DNA of 64,000 nt from Betaproteobacteria bacterium SCGC AG-212-J23 (GCA_001644455.1 LSTF01000001.1:13109-77108); one strand, 5' to 3'. Positions 53,317 to 62,635 are shown, counted from the first letter of the stretch. A program made the numbers and translations. Notes: generated by a model from the sequence alone, not told the origin.

Positions 53317-54291
53317 ATGGATCGCAAGATCGGCCTTGAGGAACATTTCGCCATCCCCGACACGCTGAACGACTCGAAGGGGTTCCTCGGCGACCATGTC
53401 TGGCCGGAGCTGGAGAAGCGCCTCCTCGACATGCAGGAGTACCGGCTGTCGCAGATGGACAAGCACGGCATGCAGATGATGATCCTGTCGCTGAATGCAC
53501 CCGCGATCCAGGCGATCCCGGACGTGAAAAAGGCCACAGAAACGGCGCGAAAAGCGAACGACTTTCTCGCCGCGGAGGTGAAGAAGCGCCCGGATCGCTT
53601 CCAGGCCTTCGCCGCGCTCGCCATGCAGGACCCCGACGCCGCGACCCGCGAGCTGGTGCGTTGCGTGAAGGACCTGGGCTTCCGCGGCGCCCTCGTGAAC
53701 GGATTCTCTTCGATCGAAAAGGAATCCATGGTCTATCTCGACGACCGCCGTTACCAGGGATTCTGGGCCGAGTGCGACAAGCTCGGCGTTCCCTTCTATC
53801 TCCACCCGCGCAACCCGCTGCCGAGCGCTTCGCAGATCTACGAAGGCCATCCCTGGCTGCTCGGCCCGACCTGGGCGTTCGGCCAGGAGACCGCGGTGCA
53901 TGCGCTGCGCCTGATGGCCTCGGGACTCTTCGACCGCCACCCGAAGCTGCAGATCGTCCTCGGCCACCTCGGCGAAGGCCTGCCCTACAGCATCTGGCGG
54001 GTCGACAACCGCAATGCCTGGACCAAGGCGCCGCCGCGCTACCCGGCGAAGAAGAAGCTCGGCGATTACTTCCGCGACAACTTCCACCTCACCGTGTCGG
54101 GCAACTTCCGCACCCAGACGCTGATCGACGCGATCCTCGAGGTCGGCTCGGACCGCATCCTGTTTTCCACCGACTGGCCGTTCGAGAACGTCGACCATGC
54201 CGCCGACTGGTTCGACGCCTGCCCGATCAGCGAGGCCGACCGGCTGAAGATCGGCCGCACCAACGCCGAGCGGCTGTTCAAGCTACTCTAG
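53317..54291 (+). CDS. tsdA: Gamma-resorcylate (2,6-dihydroxybenzoate) decarboxylase
   Basis: LEEHFAIP, SLNAPAIQAIPD, YLHPRNPLP, HPWLLGPTWAF, SGNFRTQTLIDAILE, FSTDWPFEN; closely matches the recalled Rhizobium enzyme. Confidence 0.88.
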   Translation: MDRKIGLEEHFAIPDTLNDSKGFLGDHVWPELEKRLLDMQEYRLSQMDKHGMQMMILSLNAPAIQAIPDVKKATETARKANDFLAAEVKKRPDRFQAFAALAMQDPDAATRELVRCVKDLGFRGALVNGFSSIEKESMVYLDDRRYQGFWAECDKLGVPFYLHPRNPLPSASQIYEGHPWLLGPTWAFGQETAVHALRLMASGLFDRHPKLQIVLGHLGEGLPYSIWRVDNRNAWTKAPPRYPAKKKLGDYFRDNFHLTVSGNFRTQTLIDAILEVGSDRILFSTDWPFENVDHAADWFDACPISEADRLKIGRTNAERLFKLL

Positions 54292-55506
54292 GAATTTCGC
54301 GGCAGGAACCTCGCGGCTGAACTGCGGGCCGCTGATGAACTGCTGCGGGTCGTAAGTCCAGAACTGCGACACCTCGGGGTAGGTGGCGATGGTGGTGTTC
54401 ACCAGCTGGCCATCCTTCTTCTCCACCTTGCGGATGTAGATGTTGAGGATCGGCTTGCCGTGCTCGCCAAGCCGGATCGGGCCCATCGGCCCGTGCTCGA
54501 GCTTCACTTCATGCAGCGCACGGATGAAGGCCGGCTTGTCCTCGAACTTTCCCTTGACGCGCTTCAGCGCTTCCTCGAGCCACAGGCCTGCGGTATAGGT
54601 GCCGGCGGTGTAGAACCCAGGCGTCGCCTTGTATTCGCGCTGGATCGACTCGACGAAGCGCTTGTTATCGGCGGTGTTGCGATCGACTGTGTACCAGCTT
54701 GCCGAGTAGACGCCGAGCGCCTCGTCGCCCATGTTCTTGAGGATCCCCTCGTCGACGAAGGTCGGGTTGCCGAAGAGCGGCAGCTTCAGCCCGTACTCCT
54801 TGTAGGCGCGCAGGAAGCGCAGCGGGTTCGAGCCGGCGAAGCCGGCGTAGACGCCGTCGACGTTGGTCTTCAGCTGGCCGATGAACGAGCCGTAGTCCGG
54901 CACGTTGAGCGGCGGCCAGAGCTTCTGGATCACGCGCCCGCCGGCGTCCTCGAACACCTTGTGGAAGCCGGCCGCGCCCTCGTGGCCGTAGGTGAAGTCG
55001 TCGGCGATCATCGCCACCCGCTTCATGCCGAGCTTCTTCGCCGCGTAGTCGCCCAGCGCGTACATCGGCTGCGCCGCGGTGCCGTAGACGTGGATCACGT
55101 ATTCGCTCTTCTTCTGCTGCGCGAGGTCGTTCTGCGCCGCCGAGGTCGGCGTGATGAGCGGCGTCTTCGAGGTCAGCATGTACTCGTCGATCGCCAGGGC
55201 CTCGAAGGTGGCGAGCGGGCCGATCACCACCGCCACCCGGTCGCGCTCGACCAGCTCCTGGGTCTTGGTCTTGGCCTGCGCGGGCTGGCCGGCGGTGTCG
55301 GCGAAGATGATCTCGACCTTGCGGCCGGCGAGGGTGTTGTTGCGCTCCTTGAGCAGCAGGTTGATGCCTTCTTCCATCTGCCGGCCGCCGGCGGCGAGCG
55401 GACCTGTCCGCACCGTCAGGAAGCCGATGCGCAGGGGCTCCTGCGCCTGGGTCTGTTGCACCGCGGAGAAGAACAAGGCAAGCGCAGCGAAAGCGAAGCG
55501 AACCAT
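54283..55506 (-). CDS. Liv-type substrate-binding protein (aromatic-acid-binding subgroup likely)
   Basis: Signal peptide, LRIGFLTVRTGPLA, ADDFTYGHE, WPPLNVPDY. Confidence 0.85.
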   Translation of the reverse strand: MVRFAFAALALFFSAVQQTQAQEPLRIGFLTVRTGPLAAGGRQMEEGINLLLKERNNTLAGRKVEIIFADTAGQPAQAKTKTQELVERDRVAVVIGPLATFEALAIDEYMLTSKTPLITPTSAAQNDLAQQKKSEYVIHVYGTAAQPMYALGDYAAKKLGMKRVAMIADDFTYGHEGAAGFHKVFEDAGGRVIQKLWPPLNVPDYGSFIGQLKTNVDGVYAGFAGSNPLRFLRAYKEYGLKLPLFGNPTFVDEGILKNMGDEALGVYSASWYTVDRNTADNKRFVESIQREYKATPGFYTAGTYTAGLWLEEALKRVKGKFEDKPAFIRALHEVKLEHGPMGPIRLGEHGKPILNIYIRKVEKKDGQLVNTTIATYPEVSQFWTYDPQQFISGPQFSREVPAAKFLE

Positions 55507-55558
55507 GGTTATTTACTCCCTCCTCTTGTGAGTACCATAGCAGAACAGAGGAGAAACC

Positions 55559-56254
55559 ATGAGATTCCATTGGCTCGCAGCTCTCGTTGGCCTGCATGCG
55601 TCCGGAGCGCTCGCCCAGGCTCCCGCAACCCCGCCGCCGCCGGTTCCCGCCGACGTGAGTCCGCTCTACGTCGTCACGTACGTCGAGCTCAAGCCCACGG
55701 CGCGTAGCGACGGCACCGCGGTCCTGAAGTCCTGGCGCGATGCGCAGCGCAAGGCCGAAGGCAACCTGCGCGCCGAAATCGTCCACCACACGACCCGGCC
55801 CGGGCAGTTCGTCGTCATCGCCGCCTGGCAGAACAAGGCGGCGTTCGACGCTCACGCGGCCGCAGGGCAGTCGTTCCGCGACAAGCTCCAGGAACTGCGC
55901 AATGCGCCCGCCGATGACCGGTTCCACAACGCGCTCTCGGTCGGCAAGCTCGAGGCGGCACGCGGTGCGCTCGTGGTCGTCACGCACGTCGACGTGATCC
56001 CGCCCCGCCGCGAGGACGCGGTCGTGGCGCTCAAGGCGCTGGGCGAGGCGAACCGCGCTGCGGACGGAAACGTGCGCTACGAGGTGGTGCAGCAGACCAA
56101 CCGGCCGAACCACTTCACCGTGGTCGAGACCTGGCGCTCGCGCCAGGCGTACGACGCGAACAGCATGTCCGCGCATCAGCGCGAGTTCCGCGACAAGCTG
56201 GCGCAGATGACCGGGGCACTGTACGACGAGCGCCTGTACGAAAGCATCGACTAG
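55559..56254 (+). CDS. Secreted tandem ABM-domain (antibiotic biosynthesis monooxygenase-like) protein
   Basis: Signal peptide; two repeats YVVTYVE..GNLRAE..RPGQF..W and VVTHVDV..GNVRYE..RPNHF..ETW. Confidence 0.82.
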   Translation: MRFHWLAALVGLHASGALAQAPATPPPPVPADVSPLYVVTYVELKPTARSDGTAVLKSWRDAQRKAEGNLRAEIVHHTTRPGQFVVIAAWQNKAAFDAHAAAGQSFRDKLQELRNAPADDRFHNALSVGKLEAARGALVVVTHVDVIPPRREDAVVALKALGEANRAADGNVRYEVVQQTNRPNHFTVVETWRSRQAYDANSMSAHQREFRDKLAQMTGALYDERLYESID

Positions 56255-56266
56255 CCGAGGCAAGCC

Positions 56267-58123
56267 ATGGACAACGAAGCCCGCCGTTCCTTCCTGAAGG
56301 GCGCGGCGGCGATCGGCAGCACGCTCGCCGCCAATAGCGTCGTCGCCCAGTCCTCCGGCGCTGAAAAAGAGAAGAAGAGCAAGGCGGCCGGCGTGGCCAA
56401 GACCATCGCCCGGCCGGGCTCGGACTTCATGGTCGACGTGATCCGCTCGCTCGGCATCGACTACATCGCTTCCAACCCGGCGTCGAGCTTCCGCTCGCTG
56501 CACGAGTCGATCGTCAACTACGGCGGCAACCGCAAGCCGGAGTTCATCACCTGCATGCACGAGGAATCGTCGGTGGCGATCGCCCACGGCTACTACAAGG
56601 CCGCGGGCAAGCCGATGGCGATGCTCGCCCACGGCTCGGTCGGCATCCAGCACGCGGCGATGGCGGTCTATAACGCCTGGTGCGATCGCGTGCCGGTGGT
56701 GCTGATGGGCGGCAATTTCATGGACGCGGCGCAGCGCCGGCCGGGCGTGGAATGGGCGCATTGCTCGCAGAACCCGGCCGCGCTCTTGCGCGACTACATC
56801 AAGTGGGACGACCAGCCGGCGTCGCTGCAGCATTTCGCCGAGTCGACGGTGCGCGCCTACAAGATGGCGATGACCCCGCCGATGGAGCCGGTGATGATCG
56901 TCGCCGACGGCATGCTGCAGGAGGAGCCGATCGAGGACGAGAAGGGCCTGTCGATCCCGAAGCTCGCCCTCTCCGCGCCGCCGCAGGGCGAGTCGGGGGC
57001 CGTGCGCGAGGCGGCAAAAATACTTTCATCTCATGAAAATGTCGTGATCATCTGCGAGCGGGTGGCGCGCAACCAGGAGGGCGTGAAGCTGATGGTCGAG
57101 CTCGCCGAGGCGCTGAACGCGCCGGTGGTGGATCTCCTCGGCCGCATGAACTTCCCCACCACGCACTACCTCTGCCGCTCGAGCGACGGGCGGGCGCTGG
57201 TGCGCGACGCCGACGCGATCCTGTTCCTCGAGGTCGCCGATCCCTGGGGCCAGCTGAACAGCATCAGCGACCCGCACCACGAATACCGGCGCGTCGCCAA
57301 GGCGGACGTGAAGACCGTCCACGTCACGCTCGCCGACCAGCTGATGAAGTCGAACTACCAGGACATGCAGCGCTTCTGCCCGGTCGACATCTCGATCAGC
57401 GCCGACTGCCAGGCGACCCTTCCGTCTTTGATCGAAGCCATCCGGAAAATTGGCAACCCGAAATTCGGAAAGACCGAAGCGCTGCGCAAGGAATACCTGC
57501 AGATGAAGGCGCGCACGCGCGAGGCGGCGGCGCTCGCCTGGGACGCGAGCCCGGTCTCCACCGCGCGCCTGCACGCCGAGCTGTGGAACGTGCTGAAGAA
57601 CGAGAACTGGTGCCTCGCCGAGTCGCGCAACGGCTCATGGGCCGCGCGCCTCTGGCCGGCGACGCAGCACCACAACTTCCTCGGCCAGTCGGGCGGCGCG
57701 GGCGTCGGCTACATCGCGCCGGCGGCGGTCGGCGCGGCGCTCGCCAACAAGGACAAGGGCATCGTCACCGCGGTGGTGCAGCCCGACGGCGACCTGATGT
57801 ACGCCCCCGGCGTGCTCTGGACCGCGGCGCACCACCGGATTCCGCTCCTCTCGGTGATGCACAACAACCGCGCCTACCACCAGGAAGTGATGCACCTGCA
57901 GAAGATGGCCGGCCTGCACAACCGGCGCATGGACACGGCGCGCATCGGCACCGCCATCGAGGACCCGAACATCGACTACGCCAAGCTCGCCCAGGCGCAG
58001 GGCGTCTGGGCCGAGGGACCGATCACCGATCCGGCGAAGATCGGCCCGGCGCTGCAGCGCGCGCTCGCGGTGGTGAAGAAAGGCGAGCCGGCGCTGGTCG
58101 ACGTGGTGACACAGGGGCGCTGA
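56267..58123 (+). CDS. Thiamine-diphosphate-dependent enzyme (acetolactate synthase/decarboxylase family) with Tat signal
   Basis: EARRSFLKGAAAIG; MHEESSVAIAHGY; ThDP motif PDGDLMY..HNN. Confidence 0.88.
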   Translation: MDNEARRSFLKGAAAIGSTLAANSVVAQSSGAEKEKKSKAAGVAKTIARPGSDFMVDVIRSLGIDYIASNPASSFRSLHESIVNYGGNRKPEFITCMHEESSVAIAHGYYKAAGKPMAMLAHGSVGIQHAAMAVYNAWCDRVPVVLMGGNFMDAAQRRPGVEWAHCSQNPAALLRDYIKWDDQPASLQHFAESTVRAYKMAMTPPMEPVMIVADGMLQEEPIEDEKGLSIPKLALSAPPQGESGAVREAAKILSSHENVVIICERVARNQEGVKLMVELAEALNAPVVDLLGRMNFPTTHYLCRSSDGRALVRDADAILFLEVADPWGQLNSISDPHHEYRRVAKADVKTVHVTLADQLMKSNYQDMQRFCPVDISISADCQATLPSLIEAIRKIGNPKFGKTEALRKEYLQMKARTREAAALAWDASPVSTARLHAELWNVLKNENWCLAESRNGSWAARLWPATQHHNFLGQSGGAGVGYIAPAAVGAALANKDKGIVTAVVQPDGDLMYAPGVLWTAAHHRIPLLSVMHNNRAYHQEVMHLQKMAGLHNRRMDTARIGTAIEDPNIDYAKLAQAQGVWAEGPITDPAKIGPALQRALAVVKKGEPALVDVVTQGR

Positions 58124-58124
58124 C

Positions 58125-58454
58125 ATGAAATGGGTTTTCGTCCTGTTCGTCGGCACTGCTTTTTCGCAAGACGGCGACGTGAAGCGCGGCCAGGCCGCAT
58201 TCCTGAAATATCAGTGCTACACCTGCCATGGAACGGTCGGGCAGGGCGCTGAGCGCGGCGCGGGGCCGAAGCTCGCGCCCAACCCTTTTCCGTGGGCGGG
58301 ATTCCAGTTCCAGGTGCGCACGCCGCGGCAGGACATGCCGGCGTACCGCCGGGAACATTTGCCCGACCAGGACCTTGCAGATATTTACGCTTACGTGCGC
58401 TCCATCAAGCCGTCGCCGTCGGCGAGCGCGATTCCCCTGTTGAAAATCGACTGA
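58125..58454 (+). CDS. Monoheme cytochrome c
   Basis: Signal peptide, CYTCH, GPKL, distal MP. Confidence 0.9.
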   Translation: MKWVFVLFVGTAFSQDGDVKRGQAAFLKYQCYTCHGTVGQGAERGAGPKLAPNPFPWAGFQFQVRTPRQDMPAYRREHLPDQDLADIYAYVRSIKPSPSASAIPLLKID

Positions 58455-58503
58455 TCTGACAGATCCTCACGGCGGCGCCCGCGGCTTTCGCTAGGGTGTG
58501 GCC

Positions 58504-58854
58504 GTGGGCTACCGGATCGAATACGCAGTGCGCGGCGGCACGATGCAGGCCCGGGTTTCGGGCAAATCCTCGCTCGGCCACGCGACGCGCATCGCGCGCG
58601 ACATCGCCGAGGAAGCGGCGCGCCGCGCCGTGCGCGACCTGCTCATCGACGTGCGCGGCCTGATGGATCGCGTCGGCACGCTCGGCACCCTCGCGCTGGG
58701 CGCCTGCAGCTCCGCGCCGCGCGTGGCGCTGGTCGACACCAGCGACAACCAGCGCTTCCACATCCTCTCCGAGGGCCTCGCCCGCAGCCGCGGCTACGCG
58801 CTGCGCTGCTTCCACGACCGCGCCTCCGCTATGGCGTGGTTGCTGGAGCGGTAA
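58504..58854 (+). CDS. Hypothetical protein (SpoIIAA/STAS-like pattern)
   Basis: LLIDVRGL, RVALVD, F.D..SAMAWL; TAGGGT 6 nt upstream. Confidence 0.6.
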   Translation: MGYRIEYAVRGGTMQARVSGKSSLGHATRIARDIAEEAARRAVRDLLIDVRGLMDRVGTLGTLALGACSSAPRVALVDTSDNQRFHILSEGLARSRGYALRCFHDRASAMAWLLER

Positions 58855-59437
58855 GGTCCCGCATCCGCTTCGCGCCGGCGTAGTAGAGCAGCATCGCCGC
58901 GATCTGCACCACGTGGTACAGGTCGTTGTGGTTGAAGTATTCGTGCAGCGCCACCCGCCCGGCCTGAATGCCCGCCGCAATCAGCGACACCGCCACGCCG
59001 CCGAGGATCCAGCGCGTCGCCGGGTTGTCGAGCCTGAAGAGATGTAGCGCCGCGACCGCGAGCATGGCCGACGCCGTGTCGGCGACGACGAAGATGAACG
59101 CGTCGTGGCCGAGCATCCACGCTTCGTAGGACACGAGCTTCAGCGCCGCGACGACGAGCAGCACGCGGCGCACGCTGCCGGAGGTCGTGGCGTACGCGCT
59201 GCCGGCGAGCATGCCGAAGCTCGCGACGCCGACCGACAGCACCGTCGGCTTCCAGAGCCACTCCCAGCGAAAGCCGTGATACGTGCCACCGAGCAATGCG
59301 CCGAGCGCGAGGGCGACGAACGCCAGCGTCCAGAAGCGGCAAGAAACCGTGGGATTTTTCCTGAGTCGAAAAGCCAGGCAGGCGGTTACGCCGGCCAGCG
59401 CGTAATCCGTGAGCAGTGTGACGGGCTCAGCTACCAA
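58829..59437 (-). CDS. Multi-TM membrane protein (DUF6962-like)
   Basis: EPVTLLTDY, GGTYHG, FNHNDLYHVVQ. Confidence 0.7.
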   Translation of the reverse strand: MVAEPVTLLTDYALAGVTACLAFRLRKNPTVSCRFWTLAFVALALGALLGGTYHGFRWEWLWKPTVLSVGVASFGMLAGSAYATTSGSVRRVLLVVAALKLVSYEAWMLGHDAFIFVVADTASAMLAVAALHLFRLDNPATRWILGGVAVSLIAAGIQAGRVALHEYFNHNDLYHVVQIAAMLLYYAGAKRMRDLTAPATTP

Positions 59438-60932
59438 AATACATTCGGCGGTAGTGGCGGTACCAGTCGCTCTGGAAGAGCTCTTCCTTGTCGTACTTGC
59501 GCTTGAGCTGCAGGAATTCGCGGAACTGCGGATAGCAGACGTCGATCTGCTGGCGCAGCGCGTGGCGGTGGTAGGTGAGGTAGTAGCTGCCGCCGTGCTT
59601 GATGCCGATGTTGATCAGGCGGCGGAAGGCGTCGCCGGCGCGGATCGAGCCGCGCGTCGAATGCTCGACGTGCAAATTGAAGATCACGCAGGCGTAGGGT
59701 TTCCTCGCCCACGGCAGGAAGCTCTCGAAGTCCTGCTCGATCAGGCGGATGGTGCCGTAGATGATCTCGACCTGGTCGCGCTTCACGTACTCGCGCACGT
59801 CGGCCATGAACGGCTCGAGCGCGTCGCGGTCGCAGTAGATCTCGGCGATCACCTCGCTCGCGCGATTGGTCGCGGCGTAGCGCTTCTCGAGCTCGCGGTG
59901 GTAGTTGTCGGGGTAGACGCTCATCTGCGCCTCGTCGGACCAGTACACCTGGCCGTTGGTCGACTGGTAGAACGAGGCGTAGCGCTTGAAGGCGCCGGTC
60001 TTGTCGGTGTGCGCGAGGTAGAGCAGGTCCACCCAGTCGCGCTCGCTCATCGCTTTCTTCACCGGTGTGAGCGGCGTGTCGTCGGCGACCGGCCGGTAGC
60101 AGGAGAACACGCCCTTGCGCAGGAAGTCCTCGGAGCGGTCGTCGATCGCGTACTGGAAGTCGCCGAACGTGAAGCCGTCGCGCACGCGCTCGCCGAAGGC
60201 GCTGATCAGGCCGGCGATGTCGCGCACCTCGACCACGCGCTCCAGCTTGCGCCGCGGCACGAGGCGCAGCGTCACCGAGTAGACGAAGCCGAACAGCCCG
60301 TAGCCGCCGATCGCCAGCTTGAACAGCTCCGGGTTCTGCGCGCGGCTGCAGGTGAGCAGTTGCCCCTGCGCGTTGACCAGCTTGAAGGACTCGATGTCGC
60401 CGATGAAGGGCGGCAGGGTCAGGCCGCGGCCGTGGATGTTGGACGAGAGCGAGCCGCCGATGGTGACGCGGTCGACGCCGGTCTGCTTCTGCGAGAAGGT
60501 CCAGTGCTGCGGCAGGCCGCGCTGCACCGTGCTGAGGTGCTCGAGCAGTTGCGGCCACATCATCCCGGACTCGACCTCGATCAGGCCGCGCTCGGTGTCG
60601 AAGGCGAGGACCTTGGAGAGCTTGCGCGTGTCGATCATCACGCCGTCCTGCGCGAACGGCTGCCCGCCCATCGAGTGGCGGCCGCCGGCGATGCAGACGC
60701 CGCGCTCCTCCTCGCGCGCCTGCGCGAAGGCCTTGGCGACGTCGTCGAGGTTTTCCGGGCGGGCGATGGCGAAGACGCGCGCCGAGCTGAGCTGGCCGTG
60801 GACGTCGTTGACCAGGATCGTGCCCGGCGCCGCCTTGGTCGCCGCCTTGGGCGCCTGGGCGAGCTGCGCGAAGGAAGCGTTGGGCGCGGCGGCGGCGAGC
60901 CCCGCCGCCTTCAGGAACGTGCGTCTTCTCAG
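59427..60932 (-). CDS. FAD-binding oxidoreductase (VAO/PCMH fold) with Tat signal; CTG start
   Basis: Frame open from CTG 60932: LRRRTFLKAAGLAAA..VNDVH..AGGRHSMGGQ..GGSLSSNIHGR..GGYGLFG..GGSYYLTY. ORF-track start 60671 truncates the FAD motif. Confidence 0.85.
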   Translation of the reverse strand: MRRRTFLKAAGLAAAAPNASFAQLAQAPKAATKAAPGTILVNDVHGQLSSARVFAIARPENLDDVAKAFAQAREEERGVCIAGGRHSMGGQPFAQDGVMIDTRKLSKVLAFDTERGLIEVESGMMWPQLLEHLSTVQRGLPQHWTFSQKQTGVDRVTIGGSLSSNIHGRGLTLPPFIGDIESFKLVNAQGQLLTCSRAQNPELFKLAIGGYGLFGFVYSVTLRLVPRRKLERVVEVRDIAGLISAFGERVRDGFTFGDFQYAIDDRSEDFLRKGVFSCYRPVADDTPLTPVKKAMSERDWVDLLYLAHTDKTGAFKRYASFYQSTNGQVYWSDEAQMSVYPDNYHRELEKRYAATNRASEVIAEIYCDRDALEPFMADVREYVKRDQVEIIYGTIRLIEQDFESFLPWARKPYACVIFNLHVEHSTRGSIRAGDAFRRLINIGIKHGGSYYLTYHRHALRQQIDVCYPQFREFLQLKRKYDKEELFQSDWYRHYRRMYFGS

Positions 60933-60968
60933 ATTCTTCTCCTCGGACGGCTAAAGTAACATGCCGCC

Positions 60969-61766
60969 ATGCCCGCCGCCGAGATCCAGTACACCGTCGA
61001 CACGGGCGAGAAGCTGGTCAACGAGACCTTCGGTCCGAACAACATTCGCCGCCGCTCGAGCGGCGCGCAGGAAGCGAAGAAAGTCACGATCGCCGACGGC
61101 CGCGCGCTCGCCGGCGAACTGTCGCTCGATCGTCAAGGCTTCGTGCTCGTGCGCCATGCCACCGCGATGCGCGACTTCTTCGACGCCGCCGAGCTCAAGA
61201 ATGTGTACACCCCCGAGGTCGAGCGGCTGGTGCGCGAGCTTTCCGGCGCGACGCGAGCGGTGATGTTCGACCATACGCTGCGCTCGGGCGACGAGGCCGA
61301 GCGCGAGGCGCGCCTGATCCGCGAGCCGGTGCTCAACGCCCACAACGACTACACCGAATGGTCGGGGCCGCAGCGCGTGCGGGATCTGCTTCCCGACGAA
61401 GCGGAAAGTCTCCTGAAAAAGCGCTTCGCGATCATCCAGGTCTGGCGGGCGATCAACCAGCCGATCCGCGCCAACCCGCTGGCGCTGGTCGACGCGCGCA
61501 GCGTCGCGGCGGAGGATCTGCTGATCTCGGAACGGCGCTACCCGAACCGGGTGGGGCAGACCTATCGCCTCAAATACAACCCGGCGCACCGCTGGTTCTA
61601 CTTCCCGAAACTGGCGCGCGACGAGGCGATCGTCTTCAAGGTGTTCGACTCGGCGACCGACGGCCGGGCGCGCTTCACGCCGCACACCTCGTTCGCCGAT
61701 CCGGCGACGCCGAGGGACGCGCCGCCGCGGCAGAGCATCGAGGCGCGGGCATTGGCGTTTTTCTAG
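60969..61766 (+). CDS. CmcJ/NvfI (AsaB-like) family oxidoreductase
   Basis: LDRQGFVL, FDHTLR, AHNDYT, QVWRAI, PLALVD, TPHTSF, RQSIEAR. Confidence 0.85.
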   Translation: MPAAEIQYTVDTGEKLVNETFGPNNIRRRSSGAQEAKKVTIADGRALAGELSLDRQGFVLVRHATAMRDFFDAAELKNVYTPEVERLVRELSGATRAVMFDHTLRSGDEAEREARLIREPVLNAHNDYTEWSGPQRVRDLLPDEAESLLKKRFAIIQVWRAINQPIRANPLALVDARSVAAEDLLISERRYPNRVGQTYRLKYNPAHRWFYFPKLARDEAIVFKVFDSATDGRARFTPHTSFADPATPRDAPPRQSIEARALAFF

Positions 61767-61767
61767 G

Positions 61768-62229
61768 ATGCAGCTGACGCCGCACTTCACGCTGGAAGAG
61801 TTGTGCTTCAGCCAGGAAGCGGCTCGCGCAGGCATCGACAACACGCCTTCCGGCGAGGTGACCGCCAACCTGCTGCGCCTGGCGAAGATGCTGGAGAAGG
61901 TGCGCGCGCTGCTGAAGCATCCCCTCCACATCAGCAGCGGCTTTCGCTGCGCGGCGCTCAACGCCCGCGTCGGCGGCTCGAAGACCAGCGCGCACCTGGA
62001 GGGAAGGGCCGCCGACTTCATCTGCCCGGCGTTCGGCACGCCCTACGTGGTGGCGAGGAAGATCGCCGGCACGCGCCTGGGATACGACCAGATGATCCAC
62101 GAGTACGGCCGCTGGGTGCACCTCGCCGTGCCGCGCGCGAACGAGCGCGCCGATCGCGAGCTGCTGACGATCTTTGAGCCGGGGAAATACCTGGCGGGAC
62201 TAACGCAGCTGAACGAAGGGCGCGCCTAG
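61768..62229 (+). CDS. Peptidase M15A (D-Ala-D-Ala carboxypeptidase family)
   Basis: LTPHFTLEE, ISSGFRC..LN, SAHLEGRAAD, WVH. Confidence 0.9.
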   Translation: MQLTPHFTLEELCFSQEAARAGIDNTPSGEVTANLLRLAKMLEKVRALLKHPLHISSGFRCAALNARVGGSKTSAHLEGRAADFICPAFGTPYVVARKIAGTRLGYDQMIHEYGRWVHLAVPRANERADRELLTIFEPGKYLAGLTQLNEGRA

Positions 62230-62628
62230 CTGCGCGCACTGCTCGCGCGCATAGCGCGTGCCGACGACGCCGCTGTCGTCCGGGCCGCCGTTCACGGCGA
62301 CGATCTTCTCGTCGCGCAGCACGAAGCTCATCGGGTAGAAGCCCTCGAAGACGCCGCGGCGGTTCTTGTCGTTCACCCAGACGCACACGCCCCAGCCGTG
62401 CTGCTGCTCGCGCAGCGCGGTCTTGCGCTGGAAGAGCTGCTTCGGCTCGGTGCGGATGTCGACGATCGCGTCCTTCGGATCGGCCAGGCGGAGGCGCAGG
62501 TAGCTGAGGATTTCCTCCTTGTAGCGCGCCGGCGCCGGGCCGTACTCGACCGAGCTCATCTCCTGCTTGGAGACGGTGGTGTTGCAGCCCGCGAGCGCGA
62601 GCAGGAGGAAGGTCAGGATTCTTCGCAT
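62200..62628 (-). CDS. Hypothetical lipoprotein
   Basis: Lipobox LAGC; L.DP.DA, VCVWVN.KN..G.F.G. Confidence 0.75.
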   Translation of the reverse strand: MRRILTFLLLALAGCNTTVSKQEMSSVEYGPAPARYKEEILSYLRLRLADPKDAIVDIRTEPKQLFQRKTALREQQHGWGVCVWVNDKNRRGVFEGFYPMSFVLRDEKIVAVNGGPDDSGVVGTRYAREQCAQLGAPFVQLR

Positions 62629-62635
62629 CGCGAAA

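Noticed and set aside
61768-62229. M15A peptidase as a prophage endolysin
   Set aside because: Host-like codons and no holin or other phage genes nearby.
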